64,000 bases of DNA from an uncultured delta proteobacterium (GCA_963782055.1 CAWAIF010000003.1:1376001-1440000); one strand, 5' to 3'; counted from the stretch's first letter, positions 1 to 9,393 are shown. Program-made: numbers and translations. Notes: generated by a model not told the origin, from the letters alone.

Positions 1-1
1 G

Positions 2-43
2 AACGAGCACCCCGAGGCGCGGGGCAAGTACACGAAGCGCTGA
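2..43 (+). CDS. 3' end of an unidentified gene entering the window
   Basis: Open frame NEHPEARGKYTKR-stop with high-GC codon usage, followed by a GC hairpin (cgccgcc...ggcggcg, 44-68). Confidence 0.45.
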   Translation, partial: NEHPEARGKYTKR

Positions 44-114
44 CGCCGCCGGCGCCCTCCGGGCGGCGGGGCACCTTGACGCGCAGCGGCGGAAGAGCTG
101 TATTCACTCCTGGG

Positions 115-1482
115 ATGAGGGCTCGATCCGTCTTTCTTGTCGCCGCGCTCGGCGCGGGCTCGCTGGGGCTCGCCTCGCCGGCGCTCGCCGGCGCGCCCAG
201 CGTGGCGAGCATGTGCTCGCCGGTGAACGTCACGTGCGAGCGGGCGACGCTCGCCGCCAGCAAGTCGGACAAGGCGCCGTACGACTTCGACTGGGACACG
301 GGGTGGGTGCCCGCCAACTCCCCCATCCAGGTGCGCTTCGCGCTGAAGGTGCACAACCGCACCCAGGTGAACCTGGGCGGCACCCTGGACTCCACCTGGC
401 CGGACCCCATCACCCTGACGCCGAAGGGGACGATGCAGACGGGCCTCATCGCCATCGACGACGGCCTGGAGGTCGTGGCGCAGGGCAAGTTCACGGTCAC
501 CGTCCTGGGCAAGACCTACTCCTGGACCGGCAACCTGCCCGGCCTGCCGAACGTCGAGCTGCTGGCGAAGGGCTCGGAGAAGTTCGACCCGTGGGCGTAC
601 AAGGAGGCGGGCAATCCGCCGACGGTGAGCGCCGACTCGCCGACGACGAAGCTCGCGCAGGTCGACCTCACCAAGATCATCGTGAACATCCCCGGCATCT
701 CCGGCGGCTTCGAGCTGGACGGCTCGGCGACATATTCGGCCTGGTACGACACGCTGCGCCTCGCCTTCGACGAGGTGAACGGCGTCTCCCCCATCCCGGA
801 GGTGGACTACGTCGACCCGTCCACGCGCCTGCTCATCACCCACGCGCCGTCCTTCGACACCAGCGTCTTCATCCACGGCGAGGTCACGCACCAGGTGACG
901 GTGCACCTCATCCCCGCCTTCTACTTCAGCATCCTGGGCAAGGACTTCACCCTGCCGCTGGCCAACCTGCCGGTGGCGCTCCCGGCGTCCGCGCCGCAGC
1001 CGTGGGACTTCGACCCGCTGCCGGTGCACGTGCCGCTGCCGGAGATCCAGGTGAAGCAGCCGGAGGTGGACCTGGGCGACATCCCGGTCAACGTGGCGAC
1101 CTCCACGCTGCTGCCGGTCGACGACATCGGGGAGGAGCAGCTGGTGGTGGACGCCTCGACGCAGGCGCCCGTGGCCTTCATCGACACGACGCACTTCACC
1201 GTGGCGCCCGCGCAGACCGGGTCGGTCAAGGTGGCCATCACGCCGGCGGCGGCGGGCCCGATCGACGCGCTCATCGTCGTGGCGACCAACGATCCGCTGC
1301 AGCCGGAGACCGGGATCCACATCAAGGCAAACGCGGTGGCCGGGATGGGCACCCCCATCAACGAGGAAGGCGGCTGCGGCTGCCACGCGGCGGGCGAGGC
1401 GCCCGGTGGCACGGGAGCGGGCCTGTTCGGCCTGGCGCTCGGCCTCGCCCTCGTCATCCGCCGCCGGCTCCCCCCCTCCTGA
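115..1482 (+). CDS. Secreted beta-rich protein with Ig-like C-terminal domain and MYXO-CTERM sorting signal
   Basis: Signal peptide; C-terminal GGCGC, hydrophobic stretch and RRR; ATG at 115. Confidence 0.8.
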   Translation: MRARSVFLVAALGAGSLGLASPALAGAPSVASMCSPVNVTCERATLAASKSDKAPYDFDWDTGWVPANSPIQVRFALKVHNRTQVNLGGTLDSTWPDPITLTPKGTMQTGLIAIDDGLEVVAQGKFTVTVLGKTYSWTGNLPGLPNVELLAKGSEKFDPWAYKEAGNPPTVSADSPTTKLAQVDLTKIIVNIPGISGGFELDGSATYSAWYDTLRLAFDEVNGVSPIPEVDYVDPSTRLLITHAPSFDTSVFIHGEVTHQVTVHLIPAFYFSILGKDFTLPLANLPVALPASAPQPWDFDPLPVHVPLPEIQVKQPEVDLGDIPVNVATSTLLPVDDIGEEQLVVDASTQAPVAFIDTTHFTVAPAQTGSVKVAITPAAAGPIDALIVVATNDPLQPETGIHIKANAVAGMGTPINEEGGCGCHAAGEAPGGTGAGLFGLALGLALVIRRRLPPS

Positions 1483-1645
1483 CCTTTCCGGAGCAGCCGC
1501 GGCAGCTCGCGCCCCCTGTCCCCCCTGTCCCCCTCTCCCGTCCCCGGACACCAAACGTCGGATTGCAAGGACCCTCGCGCTTCGACGTTTCCGCGGAGTT
1601 CTGCGAGGAGGGGGGGGTGGCATGGGGGGTGCTTGGGGTGGGGGG

Positions 1646-2242
1646 ATGGACCCTGTGTTCTTCACCATCAAGCGGGCCTATTACGCGACGCTCAAGCTGA
1701 CACGGCGGGCGCTGGGGGCGATGGGGCTCACGGCGGCGCGCTTCGACCTGCTGGACGCGCTCTACAAGCTCGGGAATCGCACCATTCACCTTCAGAGTCA
1801 GCTCCGGCGCGGGCTGGGCGTTGCACGCTCGACCATCAGCGAGATGATGCGGTCACTCGAGCGGCTGGGCCTGGTCACGCGGCGGCGGGATGGACGCGAC
1901 TGCATCGTCGCGCTCACGGCCGAGGGGCGTCGCCGCGTACGCCGCGCTCACTACGGGCTGGTGCTCGTCGGGCATGTCGGCTTCGCGCTGGACGGCGCGC
2001 TCGCGCCGGGGGAGCGCCGCTGGCCCGGCGCCCGCGCCTGCAGGCGCGCTCGCAGGCACCTGGAGGCGCTCTGCATGCGCATTCGACGCGGCTTCGGCGA
2101 CGAGGCGACGCTGGACAGGCTCACCGAGTACGGGTTCTGGGTGCTGCGAGCCAACGACCGCGCGCGCCGCGCGCAGGCTCGCTCCCAGCAGCGCGAGCGT
2201 CAGCTCGACGAGGCGTACGCGCTCATGGCGCCACCAAGCTGA
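1646..2242 (+). CDS. MarR-family winged-helix transcriptional regulator
   Basis: GLTAARFDLL...QSQLRRGLGVARSTISEMMRSLERLGLVTRRRDGRDCIVALTAEG. Confidence 0.8.
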   Translation: MDPVFFTIKRAYYATLKLTRRALGAMGLTAARFDLLDALYKLGNRTIHLQSQLRRGLGVARSTISEMMRSLERLGLVTRRRDGRDCIVALTAEGRRRVRRAHYGLVLVGHVGFALDGALAPGERRWPGARACRRARRHLEALCMRIRRGFGDEATLDRLTEYGFWVLRANDRARRAQARSQQRERQLDEAYALMAPPS

Positions 2243-2294
2243 GCGACGCGGGCCCGACTGGCGCGTACGAGACGGATATGTCTCGATAGTCAGT

Positions 2295-2915
2295 ATGAAC
2301 TGCTTGCTTGCTCGGTGTCGTGAGGGCCTGCCGCCACCCTGGATCCCCACCGCGTTGCTCGCGTTGGCGCGTCTCCTCGCCGGCCTGCTGCTCGTCGCAT
2401 CTCTCGCCGGTTGCACGACCAGCGTCACGCGCGTGACCACGGTCGCTCCTCGCGGTGCGGCCGACTACGAGCCGCGCGGCCGGGTCATCGCCGTCAACGG
2501 CGCTCCAGTCGACAACGGCATCGTCTCCCGCGAAGGCCGCACCTACGTCCTGCAGACGTCGAACGCGCGTGCCGTCCTCCGCGACACCGACAGGGTCACT
2601 GTCCAGCTCGTGTACGGCGACGGTGACGAGGTGCCGGGCGAGGGCGTCGTGCACGTGTCGGCGCATCCCGCCCTGATCCTGGGCGGCACGCTCGTGATGG
2701 GTGCAGGAGTCGGCCTGCTGGCGCTGGGCGCGGTCGTCTGGAAGGACGGCCCCTTCGGACCCCTCGCGGCGCTCTCCCCGCTGCTGATCGGTGGCTGCGC
2801 CGTCGCCGGCGGCCTCGCCATGCTCGTGGTGGGCTATGTGGTCAACGCGCACATCGTCAGGTCGCCCACAGCCTTCGTCCCGGACGACATGTCCTCCGTC
2901 GCCATCCACTTCTGA
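2295..2915 (+). CDS. Hypothetical lipoprotein with two C-terminal TM helices
   Basis: LAGC lipobox; two hydrophobic segments near the C-terminus; exact start uncertain. Confidence 0.6.
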   Translation: MNCLLARCREGLPPPWIPTALLALARLLAGLLLVASLAGCTTSVTRVTTVAPRGAADYEPRGRVIAVNGAPVDNGIVSREGRTYVLQTSNARAVLRDTDRVTVQLVYGDGDEVPGEGVVHVSAHPALILGGTLVMGAGVGLLALGAVVWKDGPFGPLAALSPLLIGGCAVAGGLAMLVVGYVVNAHIVRSPTAFVPDDMSSVAIHF

Positions 2916-3001
2916 CGCGTCTTGCGCCCTCGCGCCCGCGCCCGCCGCCCCGCGCGCGCCCGCCCGGCCGGAGGATCCACGCGGATCGGCGGTGGCACGC
3001 T

Positions 3002-3266
3002 TCACCCGGCCGCACGACGTGTGCCGGACGAAGGAAGATCACCGTGCGTGATCGCGGCGTGGAGTACGACGGGGTCCAGATCCGCTCCGTTCGGCCACAC
3101 CACCGTCCCCAGCTCCGGGTCTACCCGCACGCGCGCGAAGTACGCCGGATCGCGCAGCGGTTCGAAGACGCCCTCGAACGCGAGCCCCGACGCATCGTAG
3201 ATGCCGCGGGAGCCGTCGTCGAACTCGAGGCTCCAGCGCGACGACGGCGATCACATCCGGCACCAT
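3002..3266 (-). pseudogene. DUF2442-family putative antitoxin, frameshifted
   Basis: MVPDVIAVVALE then a frame change to LEFDDGSRGIYD...FARVRVDPELGTVVWPNGADLDP. Confidence 0.75.
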
Positions 3267-3270
3267 CGCA

Positions 3271-3474
3271 TCACTCCAGCGGCCCGATGGGCTCGAGCGG
3301 CTGCAAGGCACGGGCTCGATCCCAGTCGGCGGCGAGCTCGCCGCGATGCGACGAGGCCCATTCGAGGACGAGCCCGAGCGCGCGGGACGGCAGCGCTCCG
3401 GCGAGCACGGTGAAGGTGTCGATCGCGATGATCGCCCTGTGGTCACCGTAGCGCGCGTGGAGATGGGCGCGCAC
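3271..3474 (-). pseudogene. DUF4160-family putative toxin, N-terminally truncated
   Basis: HLHARYGDHRAIIAI...GALPSRALGLVLEWA...HRGELAADW...IGPLE; the usual N-terminal segment is absent. Confidence 0.7.
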
Positions 3475-3480
3475 CCCCGC

Positions 3481-4761
3481 TCAGACCCGCAGCCCCGGTG
3501 CGGGATACTTCCCGCACAGCTCCTTCACCTCGCCGGCCACCTTCGCGACGACAGCCTCGTCCGCCGGCGCCGCCACGACCCGGTCGATCCACTCCGCCAG
3601 CTTGACCATCACGTCCTTGCCCATGCCGCGCGTCGTGACGGCGGGCGTCCCGAGGCGCAGGCCGGACGGGTCGAACGGCTTGCGCGGATCGAAGGGGATG
3701 CTGTTGTAGTTGAGCACCACCCCCGCGCGGTCCAGCGCCTGCGCCGCCACCTTGCCGGGCACGCCCTTGCTCGTCAGGTCCAGCAGCAAGAGGTGGTTGT
3801 CGGTCCCGCCGGTGATGAGGCTGAAGCCGCGCCCCGCCAGCGCCTCCCCCAGCGCCCTGGCGTTCTCCACCACCTTCTTTGCATACTGCACGAAGTCCGG
3901 GCGCGCGGCCTCGCCCGCGGCGACCGCGATGGCGGCCGTCGTGTGGTTGTGCGGCCCGCCCTGCAGCCCGGGGAAGACGGCGCGGTCGATCGCCGACGCG
4001 TGCTCCTTCTTGCACAGGATCATCCCGCCGCGCGGGCCGCGGAAGGTCTTGTGCGTCGTCGACGTCACCACGTCGGCGATGCCGACCGGCGAGGGGTGCG
4101 CCCCGCCGACCACCAGCCCGGAGATGTGCGCGATGTCCGCGGCGAGGATCGCCCCCACCTCGTCGGCGATCTCCCGGAACGCCGCGAAGTCCAGCGTGCG
4201 CGGGTACGCCGTCGTCCCGCACCAGATGAGCTTCGGCTTGTGCTCGCGCGCCAGCGCCCGCACCTCGTCCAGGTCGATGCGGTGGTCCGACCGCTTCACG
4301 CCGTAGGGCACGCTCTTGAAGAACTTGCCGGTGATGGAGACGCTGTGCCCGTGCGTCAGGTGGCCGCCCGCGGGCAGCCCCAGGCCCATGATCGTCTCCC
4401 CCGGCTTCACGAAGGCCAGGTACACCGCGAGGTTCGCCGGGCTGCCGGAGTAGGGCTGCACGTTGACGTGCAGATCCTCCTCGCCGGAGCCGACGGCGCG
4501 CGTCTTCGCGAAGAGCGACTTCACCCGCGCGATGGCGAGCTCCTCCACCTCGTCGATGACCGCCTGCCCCTCGTAGTAGCGCTTGTGGGCGTAGCCCTCC
4601 GAGTACTTGTTGGTGAGGCAGGAGCCGGTCGCCTCCATCACCGCGCGCGAGGCGTAATTCTCGCTGGCGATGAGGCGCAGCGAGTCGTGCTCGCGGCGGT
4701 TCTCCTCTGCGATGAGCTTGGCGACGGCGGGATCGGATTCCTGGAGCGACGGCTCGGACAT
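3481..4761 (-). CDS. glyA: Serine hydroxymethyltransferase
   Basis: LIASENY, NKYSEGY, GGHLTHG, TSTTHKTFRGPRGG (PLP lysine), GLRLGTPA. Confidence 0.97.
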   Translation of the reverse strand: MSEPSLQESDPAVAKLIAEENRREHDSLRLIASENYASRAVMEATGSCLTNKYSEGYAHKRYYEGQAVIDEVEELAIARVKSLFAKTRAVGSGEEDLHVNVQPYSGSPANLAVYLAFVKPGETIMGLGLPAGGHLTHGHSVSITGKFFKSVPYGVKRSDHRIDLDEVRALAREHKPKLIWCGTTAYPRTLDFAAFREIADEVGAILAADIAHISGLVVGGAHPSPVGIADVVTSTTHKTFRGPRGGMILCKKEHASAIDRAVFPGLQGGPHNHTTAAIAVAAGEAARPDFVQYAKKVVENARALGEALAGRGFSLITGGTDNHLLLLDLTSKGVPGKVAAQALDRAGVVLNYNSIPFDPRKPFDPSGLRLGTPAVTTRGMGKDVMVKLAEWIDRVVAAPADEAVVAKVAGEVKELCGKYPAPGLRV

Positions 4762-4813
4762 GCGCGGGAGCTTACACCAGGAAGGGCGCCTCGCCCGGTG
4801 GTAGAATACGCGT

Positions 4814-5050
4814 GTGCAACAGGACGCAGAGCGGCGCCGCAGGGCGGAAGCACGACGGGGACAGGCGGTCCTGCGCAGGAGCACGCTCCACGAGCCGGCG
4901 CAGGATCTCTCGCCCGTCCGCGGCGAGGCGGCGCTGTCGCTCGTCACGCGGCTCACCGCGGAGAGCTACGCGGAGGCCGGGCTGGAGGTCCCGCGCTACG
5001 CGCGCGTCGAGACCCCGTACCGGTTCGTGCCGCGCGAGCGCCGCCGGTGA
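4814..5050 (+). CDS. Small hypothetical protein coupled to a nucleotidyltransferase
   Basis: 78-aa ORF with a TAGAAT box 6 nt upstream; GTGA overlap with the next gene. Confidence 0.6.
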   Translation: MQQDAERRRRAEARRGQAVLRRSTLHEPAQDLSPVRGEAALSLVTRLTAESYAEAGLEVPRYARVETPYRFVPRERRR

Positions 5051-5517
5051 TCGATCTCCCCGCCGACTTCCGCGACCTGCTGATCGAGCTGGCTGACGCC
5101 GGCGCGGACTTCGTCGTCCTGGGCGGACACGCGGTCGCCTTCCACGGTCACCCTCGCGCGACGAAGGATCTGGACGTCCTGGTGAGGCCGACCCCGGAGA
5201 ACGCCGCGCGCGTCTACGGCGCGCTCGCGGCGTTCGGCGCGCCGCTGGCGAGCTTCGAGGTGGGCGCCGAGGACTTCACGACATACGACGGCGTGCTGCA
5301 GATTGGCCTGCCGCCCCGGCGGATCGACATCCTCAATCGCGCTGACGGCATCACCTTCGACCAGGCGATCGCCCACGCCGGGTCGTTCACCGTGGAGGGT
5401 CGGAAGATCCCGGTGATCGGTCGAGACGCCCTGCTGCAGAACAAGCGGGCGGCCGGCCGCACGCAGGATCTCGCGGACGTCGAGGCACTGGAGCGCGTCT
5501 CCCGCGAGGGAGGCTGA
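5047..5517 (+). CDS. Minimal nucleotidyltransferase-fold protein (DUF6036-like)
   Basis: VVLGGHAVAFHGHPRATKDLDV (GG...DxD) and NKRAAGRTQDLADVEAL. Confidence 0.8.
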   Translation: MIDLPADFRDLLIELADAGADFVVLGGHAVAFHGHPRATKDLDVLVRPTPENAARVYGALAAFGAPLASFEVGAEDFTTYDGVLQIGLPPRRIDILNRADGITFDQAIAHAGSFTVEGRKIPVIGRDALLQNKRAAGRTQDLADVEALERVSREGG

Positions 5518-5520
5518 GCC

Positions 5521-6774
5521 TCACCGGGTCTTCGGCGGCGCGTGCCCCGCGGGCTTCTTCCCCGCCGGCTTCTTCGCGTCCTTGGCGCCCTTCGCGTCCT
5601 TCGCCTCGGCCGGCTTCGGGGGCTTCTTCGGGTCGGTCACGTCCAGCGTCACGGCGACGGTGCCCTTGTCGCTGTCGAGCTGCGTCTCCGGGACCACCTG
5701 CATGTCGTCGCGGCCCTTGTCGTGGTGCAGCTTCTGGATCCTGGCGATGTCCTCCATCACCTTCTTGCGGGAGAAGACCTCCTTCGGCTTGCCGGTGAGG
5801 AGCTTCTGGTAGGCGGCCTTCCCCGCGAGCAGATCGCCCTTCACGCCGTAGTGGCTCACCTTGAAGATGGGGCCCTCCTTGACGTCGAAGACGATGGACT
5901 CCTTGTCCCCGCTGCGCTCCACCTTCTGGTGCACCTCCGAGACGAGCATCCCGCGGTCGTACATGAGCGCCTGGATCTGCACCGTCGCGCGGTCCAGGCG
6001 ATCCTGGTCGATGACCATGCCGGGCGCGTTGACCTTGCCGCCTTCGGTGTCGACCAGGGCGCGTAGGTCGTCCTCCTTCAGGTTGGTGAGGCCTGTGAAG
6101 GCGACCTTGTCGATGGTCACGCGCGGCCCCTCCTTCAGGGAGGCGCACACGTCCATCTCCCCTGGCGCGCCCTCGACCGAGCCCATGTCGAGCGTCGCGT
6201 CCAGGTAGCCCTTCGACCGCAGGTCGGACAGCAGGGCGGCCTTGCCGGAGACGAGGTCGATCGGGTTGTAGGGCCGGCCGGCGGCGACATGCAGCGCCTT
6301 GCCCAGGTCGGCGTCGTTCATGCCGGCGTCGCCGTGGACCACCACCTCGCCGAGCTGCGGCCGCGGGTGCAGCACGAACTGCAGCGCCAGCCCCTGCGGC
6401 GTGCTGTGCGCGGCGAGCTGCACGTCGTCCACGCCGCCCAGGGCGTACAGGCGGCGGATCGTCTGCTGCGCCTTGTGCAGGTCGAAGGTGTCGCCGGGCT
6501 TGAGGCCCACCACCGACTTCGCCTTCTCCGGGGAGCTGGCGCCTGTCACCGCGACGCTCGCCACCACGCCGGCGGGGATGGCGGTGTCGGCGTGCGCGGC
6601 GAAGGTGGCGGGCGCCGCGAGATCGTGCTTCTCACAGGCGGCGGCGCGGCGCTCCTGGGGCGAGGCGGCGGGGCGCAGCAGCAGCGGCGGCCCGGAGGAG
6701 GTGGTGGCGGGCTTCGGCTCGGGACCGCAGGCGAACAGGACGCCGAGCGCGAGCGCCGCGGCGACGCGCTTCAC
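5521..6774 (-). CDS. Lipoprotein with tandem POTRA domains and no beta-barrel
   Basis: LFAC lipobox; POTRA-like repeats (IRRLYALG, LRSKGYLDA, EGPRVTIDKVAFTG, YDRGML, EGPIFKV); Lys/Pro-rich tail. Confidence 0.75.
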   Translation of the reverse strand: MKRVAAALALGVLFACGPEPKPATTSSGPPLLLRPAASPQERRAAACEKHDLAAPATFAAHADTAIPAGVVASVAVTGASSPEKAKSVVGLKPGDTFDLHKAQQTIRRLYALGGVDDVQLAAHSTPQGLALQFVLHPRPQLGEVVVHGDAGMNDADLGKALHVAAGRPYNPIDLVSGKAALLSDLRSKGYLDATLDMGSVEGAPGEMDVCASLKEGPRVTIDKVAFTGLTNLKEDDLRALVDTEGGKVNAPGMVIDQDRLDRATVQIQALMYDRGMLVSEVHQKVERSGDKESIVFDVKEGPIFKVSHYGVKGDLLAGKAAYQKLLTGKPKEVFSRKKVMEDIARIQKLHHDKGRDDMQVVPETQLDSDKGTVAVTLDVTDPKKPPKPAEAKDAKGAKDAKKPAGKKPAGHAPPKTR

Positions 6775-7421
6775 ATCCCCTCCAGTCGGATCTCGACGTA
6801 CGTCGAGCCGCGCAGCTTGGTGAGCATGTCGGTGCGGACCTTGTCGGCGCGCTCGTTGGCGATCTGGTTCATCAAGAGCGGGCGCGCCTCGTCGAAGGAC
6901 TTCATCTTCGAGGGGTCCTTGGAGTGCTTCTTGATGTCCTCATAGCGCTGGCGCAGCTCACCCTCGCCGATCTGCAGGGAGGTCTGCGCCTTGAGGATGA
7001 TGAGCTTGCCCTCCACGAACTGGTGGCGCACCTCCGCGCGGAAGTCCGCCTCCGTCATGCCCTGGCCCTTCGCCGCGGAGAGCACCTTCTGCACGGTCAC
7101 CCCGTTCTGCTGGGCGAGGCGCTCGATGCCGGCGGTCACCTCGGCGTCGGTCACCTCGATGTGGAGGCGGGCGGCCTCGTCGTCCTCCAGGGTCTCGTCC
7201 ACCAGGCGCTCGCAGATCTCGTGCATCAGCGCGGCCTCCGCCTTGGGACGATCCGCCGCGGGCTGCGCGGCGACGGCCTTCAGGAAGGGGTGCGCGTGGA
7301 CGCGGACCTCGCTCTCGAGGATGACGTGATCGCCGACGACGGCGGCGATGCGATCGAAGGGCTGCGCCGACGAGACGTCGGCGAGCGCCAGGCCGGAGAG
7401 TAGTATGGGCAGGGCAAACAC
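6771..7421 (-). CDS. SurA N-terminal-domain chaperone-like protein
   Basis: DRIAAVVGDHVILESEV...C-terminal LRGSTYVEIRL; no PPIase domain seen. Confidence 0.8.
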   Translation of the reverse strand: MFALPILLSGLALADVSSAQPFDRIAAVVGDHVILESEVRVHAHPFLKAVAAQPAADRPKAEAALMHEICERLVDETLEDDEAARLHIEVTDAEVTAGIERLAQQNGVTVQKVLSAAKGQGMTEADFRAEVRHQFVEGKLIILKAQTSLQIGEGELRQRYEDIKKHSKDPSKMKSFDEARPLLMNQIANERADKVRTDMLTKLRGSTYVEIRLEGM

Positions 7422-7481
7422 GCGCGCAGCCTAGTGCGCGGCGAGAGGTCGGACCACAACAAATTCGGTGAAGGAAGTGCC

Positions 7482-8195
7482 ATGCGATACGAGCTCTACT
7501 ACTGGCCGGGCATCCCGGGGCGCGGCGAGTTCATCCGGCTGGCGCTGGAAGAGGCGGGGGCGGACTGGGTGGACGTGGTGCGCGAGAAGGGCATGCCGGC
7601 GATGTTCCGGATGATGGACGGGGCGCGCGTCAAGCACCCGTCCTTCGCGCCGCCCTTCCTGCGCGCCGGCAAGCTCGTCGTCGGGCAGACGGCGAACGTC
7701 CTCTTCTACCTCGGCGGAAAGCTCGGGCTCGCGCCCGCCGGCGAGGAGGGGCGCCTGTGGACGCACCAGCTCCAGCTCACCCTGGTCGACTTCGTGGACG
7801 AGGTGCACGACACGCACCACCCGGTCGCGCTCAACCTGGTCTACGAGGAGCAGAAGAAGGAGGCGAAGCGGCGGGCGGAGCAGTTCCGCAAGGCGCGGGC
7901 GCCCAAGTTTCTCGGCTGGTTCGAGCGCGTCCTCGGGAGCCACGGCCGGCGCGGGAACTACCTGCTCGGGGCGCGCATGACCTACGCGGACCTCTCCCTG
8001 TTCCAGATGGTGGAGGGTCTTCGCTACGCCTTCCCGCGCGCGATGAAGCGGCTGGAGAAGAAGCACCCGCGCGTGGTCGCGGTGCACGATCGCGTCGCCG
8101 CGCGCCCGCGCGTCCGGGCGTATCTCGCGTCGGAGATGCGCATGCCGTTCAACGAGCAGGGGATCTTCCGGAGGTATCCGGAACTGGATGGGTGA
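7482..8195 (+). CDS. Glutathione S-transferase
   Basis: YELYYWPGIPGRGEFIRLALE, FAPPFL, TYADLSLFQ. Confidence 0.9.
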   Translation: MRYELYYWPGIPGRGEFIRLALEEAGADWVDVVREKGMPAMFRMMDGARVKHPSFAPPFLRAGKLVVGQTANVLFYLGGKLGLAPAGEEGRLWTHQLQLTLVDFVDEVHDTHHPVALNLVYEEQKKEAKRRAEQFRKARAPKFLGWFERVLGSHGRRGNYLLGARMTYADLSLFQMVEGLRYAFPRAMKRLEKKHPRVVAVHDRVAARPRVRAYLASEMRMPFNEQGIFRRYPELDG

Positions 8196-8263
8196 GCGGG
8201 AGCTCGCTTCGCTCGCTCGGGCGGGGAGGATGGTCTGGGCGCTGGTGGCGGGGTGTGGACGGA
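8192..8263 (-). repeat. Partial inverted copy of the DUF559-associated repeat
   Basis: Reverse complement reads tccgtccacaccccgccaccagcgcccagaccatcctccccgcccgagcgagcgaagcgagc, matching the copies at 23928 and 20522. Confidence 0.85.
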
Positions 8264-8327
8264 AGCGTACGGGCTCGGCCGCAGGAGGCGCGCGAGAACG
8301 GTAGGTGCCTTGATGGGGGCGTCAGGG

Positions 8328-8560
8328 TCAGACGTCCGCGTCGCGGACGTCGCCGGACTCCACGAGCGACTCCAGGCGCTCCAGCGCCTCGGCCCAGCCC
8401 TCCGTCGCCATCTTGCGCTCGCGCAGGACCGCGGCGCTCGCGGCGAGCTCGGGCGGCAGCACGCGCTGGCGCACCGTCATCTCCGTCCGCCCGTCGCGCT
8501 GGACGAAGGTGACGCTCGTGCGGATGAAGGCGTCGCGGGGGAAGTCCGGGCCTCTGGACG
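8328..8560 (-). pseudogene. C-terminal remnant of an SRPBCC/AHSA1-domain protein
   Basis: SVTFVQRDGRTEMTVRQ...TEGWAEALERLESLV; no convincing N-terminal half or start. Confidence 0.55.
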
Positions 8561-8641
8561 GGCGAGCCGCTCCCCGGGTGGCCCACGACGGCGCGACCAG
8601 GCGGCGACGGGCATGCGGCACCAGGAGGCGCCGCGCCGGGG

Positions 8642-9160
8642 CTACCCGCAGAGCGCCTGGATGGTCTCTTCGAAGTCCGGGAACTCCTTCTTCGCCGCGG
8701 CAATCGCTTCCTTCGCCGTCTTCCTGGCCGCCTTCGCGTGCTTCATCGCGAACTTCTCGAAGTCCGGCGTCGGCTTGCGGGCTTCGCCCTCGTACGAGAT
8801 GGCCTGGTAGGGGCCGACGCCGGCCGCGAGCACCCACAGGTAGTCGGCGAAGTTGCGCGCCACGACGCCGAGCTCGCCCTCGGAGCCGAAGAAGACGATG
8901 GGCTGCTCGAGTAGGTCGGCGCCGGGTCGCACGAGCCAGAAGGCCGCGTACCCGCCGGTCCCGTCCATGCCGAAGACGCGGTACTCGGCGCCGGTCAGCT
9001 CGGCGTTGCCGGTCCACGCCTTGATCCAGTCGGCGTTGTCCTCTGCCGACTGGAACTCCTCGTACGGCTCGAAGTCGATGCCCTCGCCGTCGGCGTAGTC
9101 GAAGTGGAGCTCGTGGAGCTCGGAGAGCACGGGCGGAAGGGTCCTGTCGAAGTCGGTCAT
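8642..9160 (-). CDS. SMI1/KNR4-like putative immunity protein
   Basis: FGMDGTGGYAAFWL...PIVFFGSEGELGVVARNFADYLWVL. Confidence 0.7.
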   Translation of the reverse strand: MTDFDRTLPPVLSELHELHFDYADGEGIDFEPYEEFQSAEDNADWIKAWTGNAELTGAEYRVFGMDGTGGYAAFWLVRPGADLLEQPIVFFGSEGELGVVARNFADYLWVLAAGVGPYQAISYEGEARKPTPDFEKFAMKHAKAARKTAKEAIAAAKKEFPDFEETIQALCG

Positions 9161-9393
9161 CGTGGGGCGGGACACTACCATCCGGACCGTCGCACGGTCC
9201 GTCCTGTGCGCCCTGCGCCTGGGGTGCAGCACCTCGCCGGTGGTGGGAGGGGTGAAGCCGGCTTCGCACCGCGATCGGCCTTGCGCGCCGACGTGGGGTC
9301 ACGCGATAGGAGCGCGCGGTTCACACCCGACCGCGAGGTGCGCCCTTTCTCCAGCGATCGCGCGTGGCCCAGCGCTTGCGATGCGCTGCCGCC

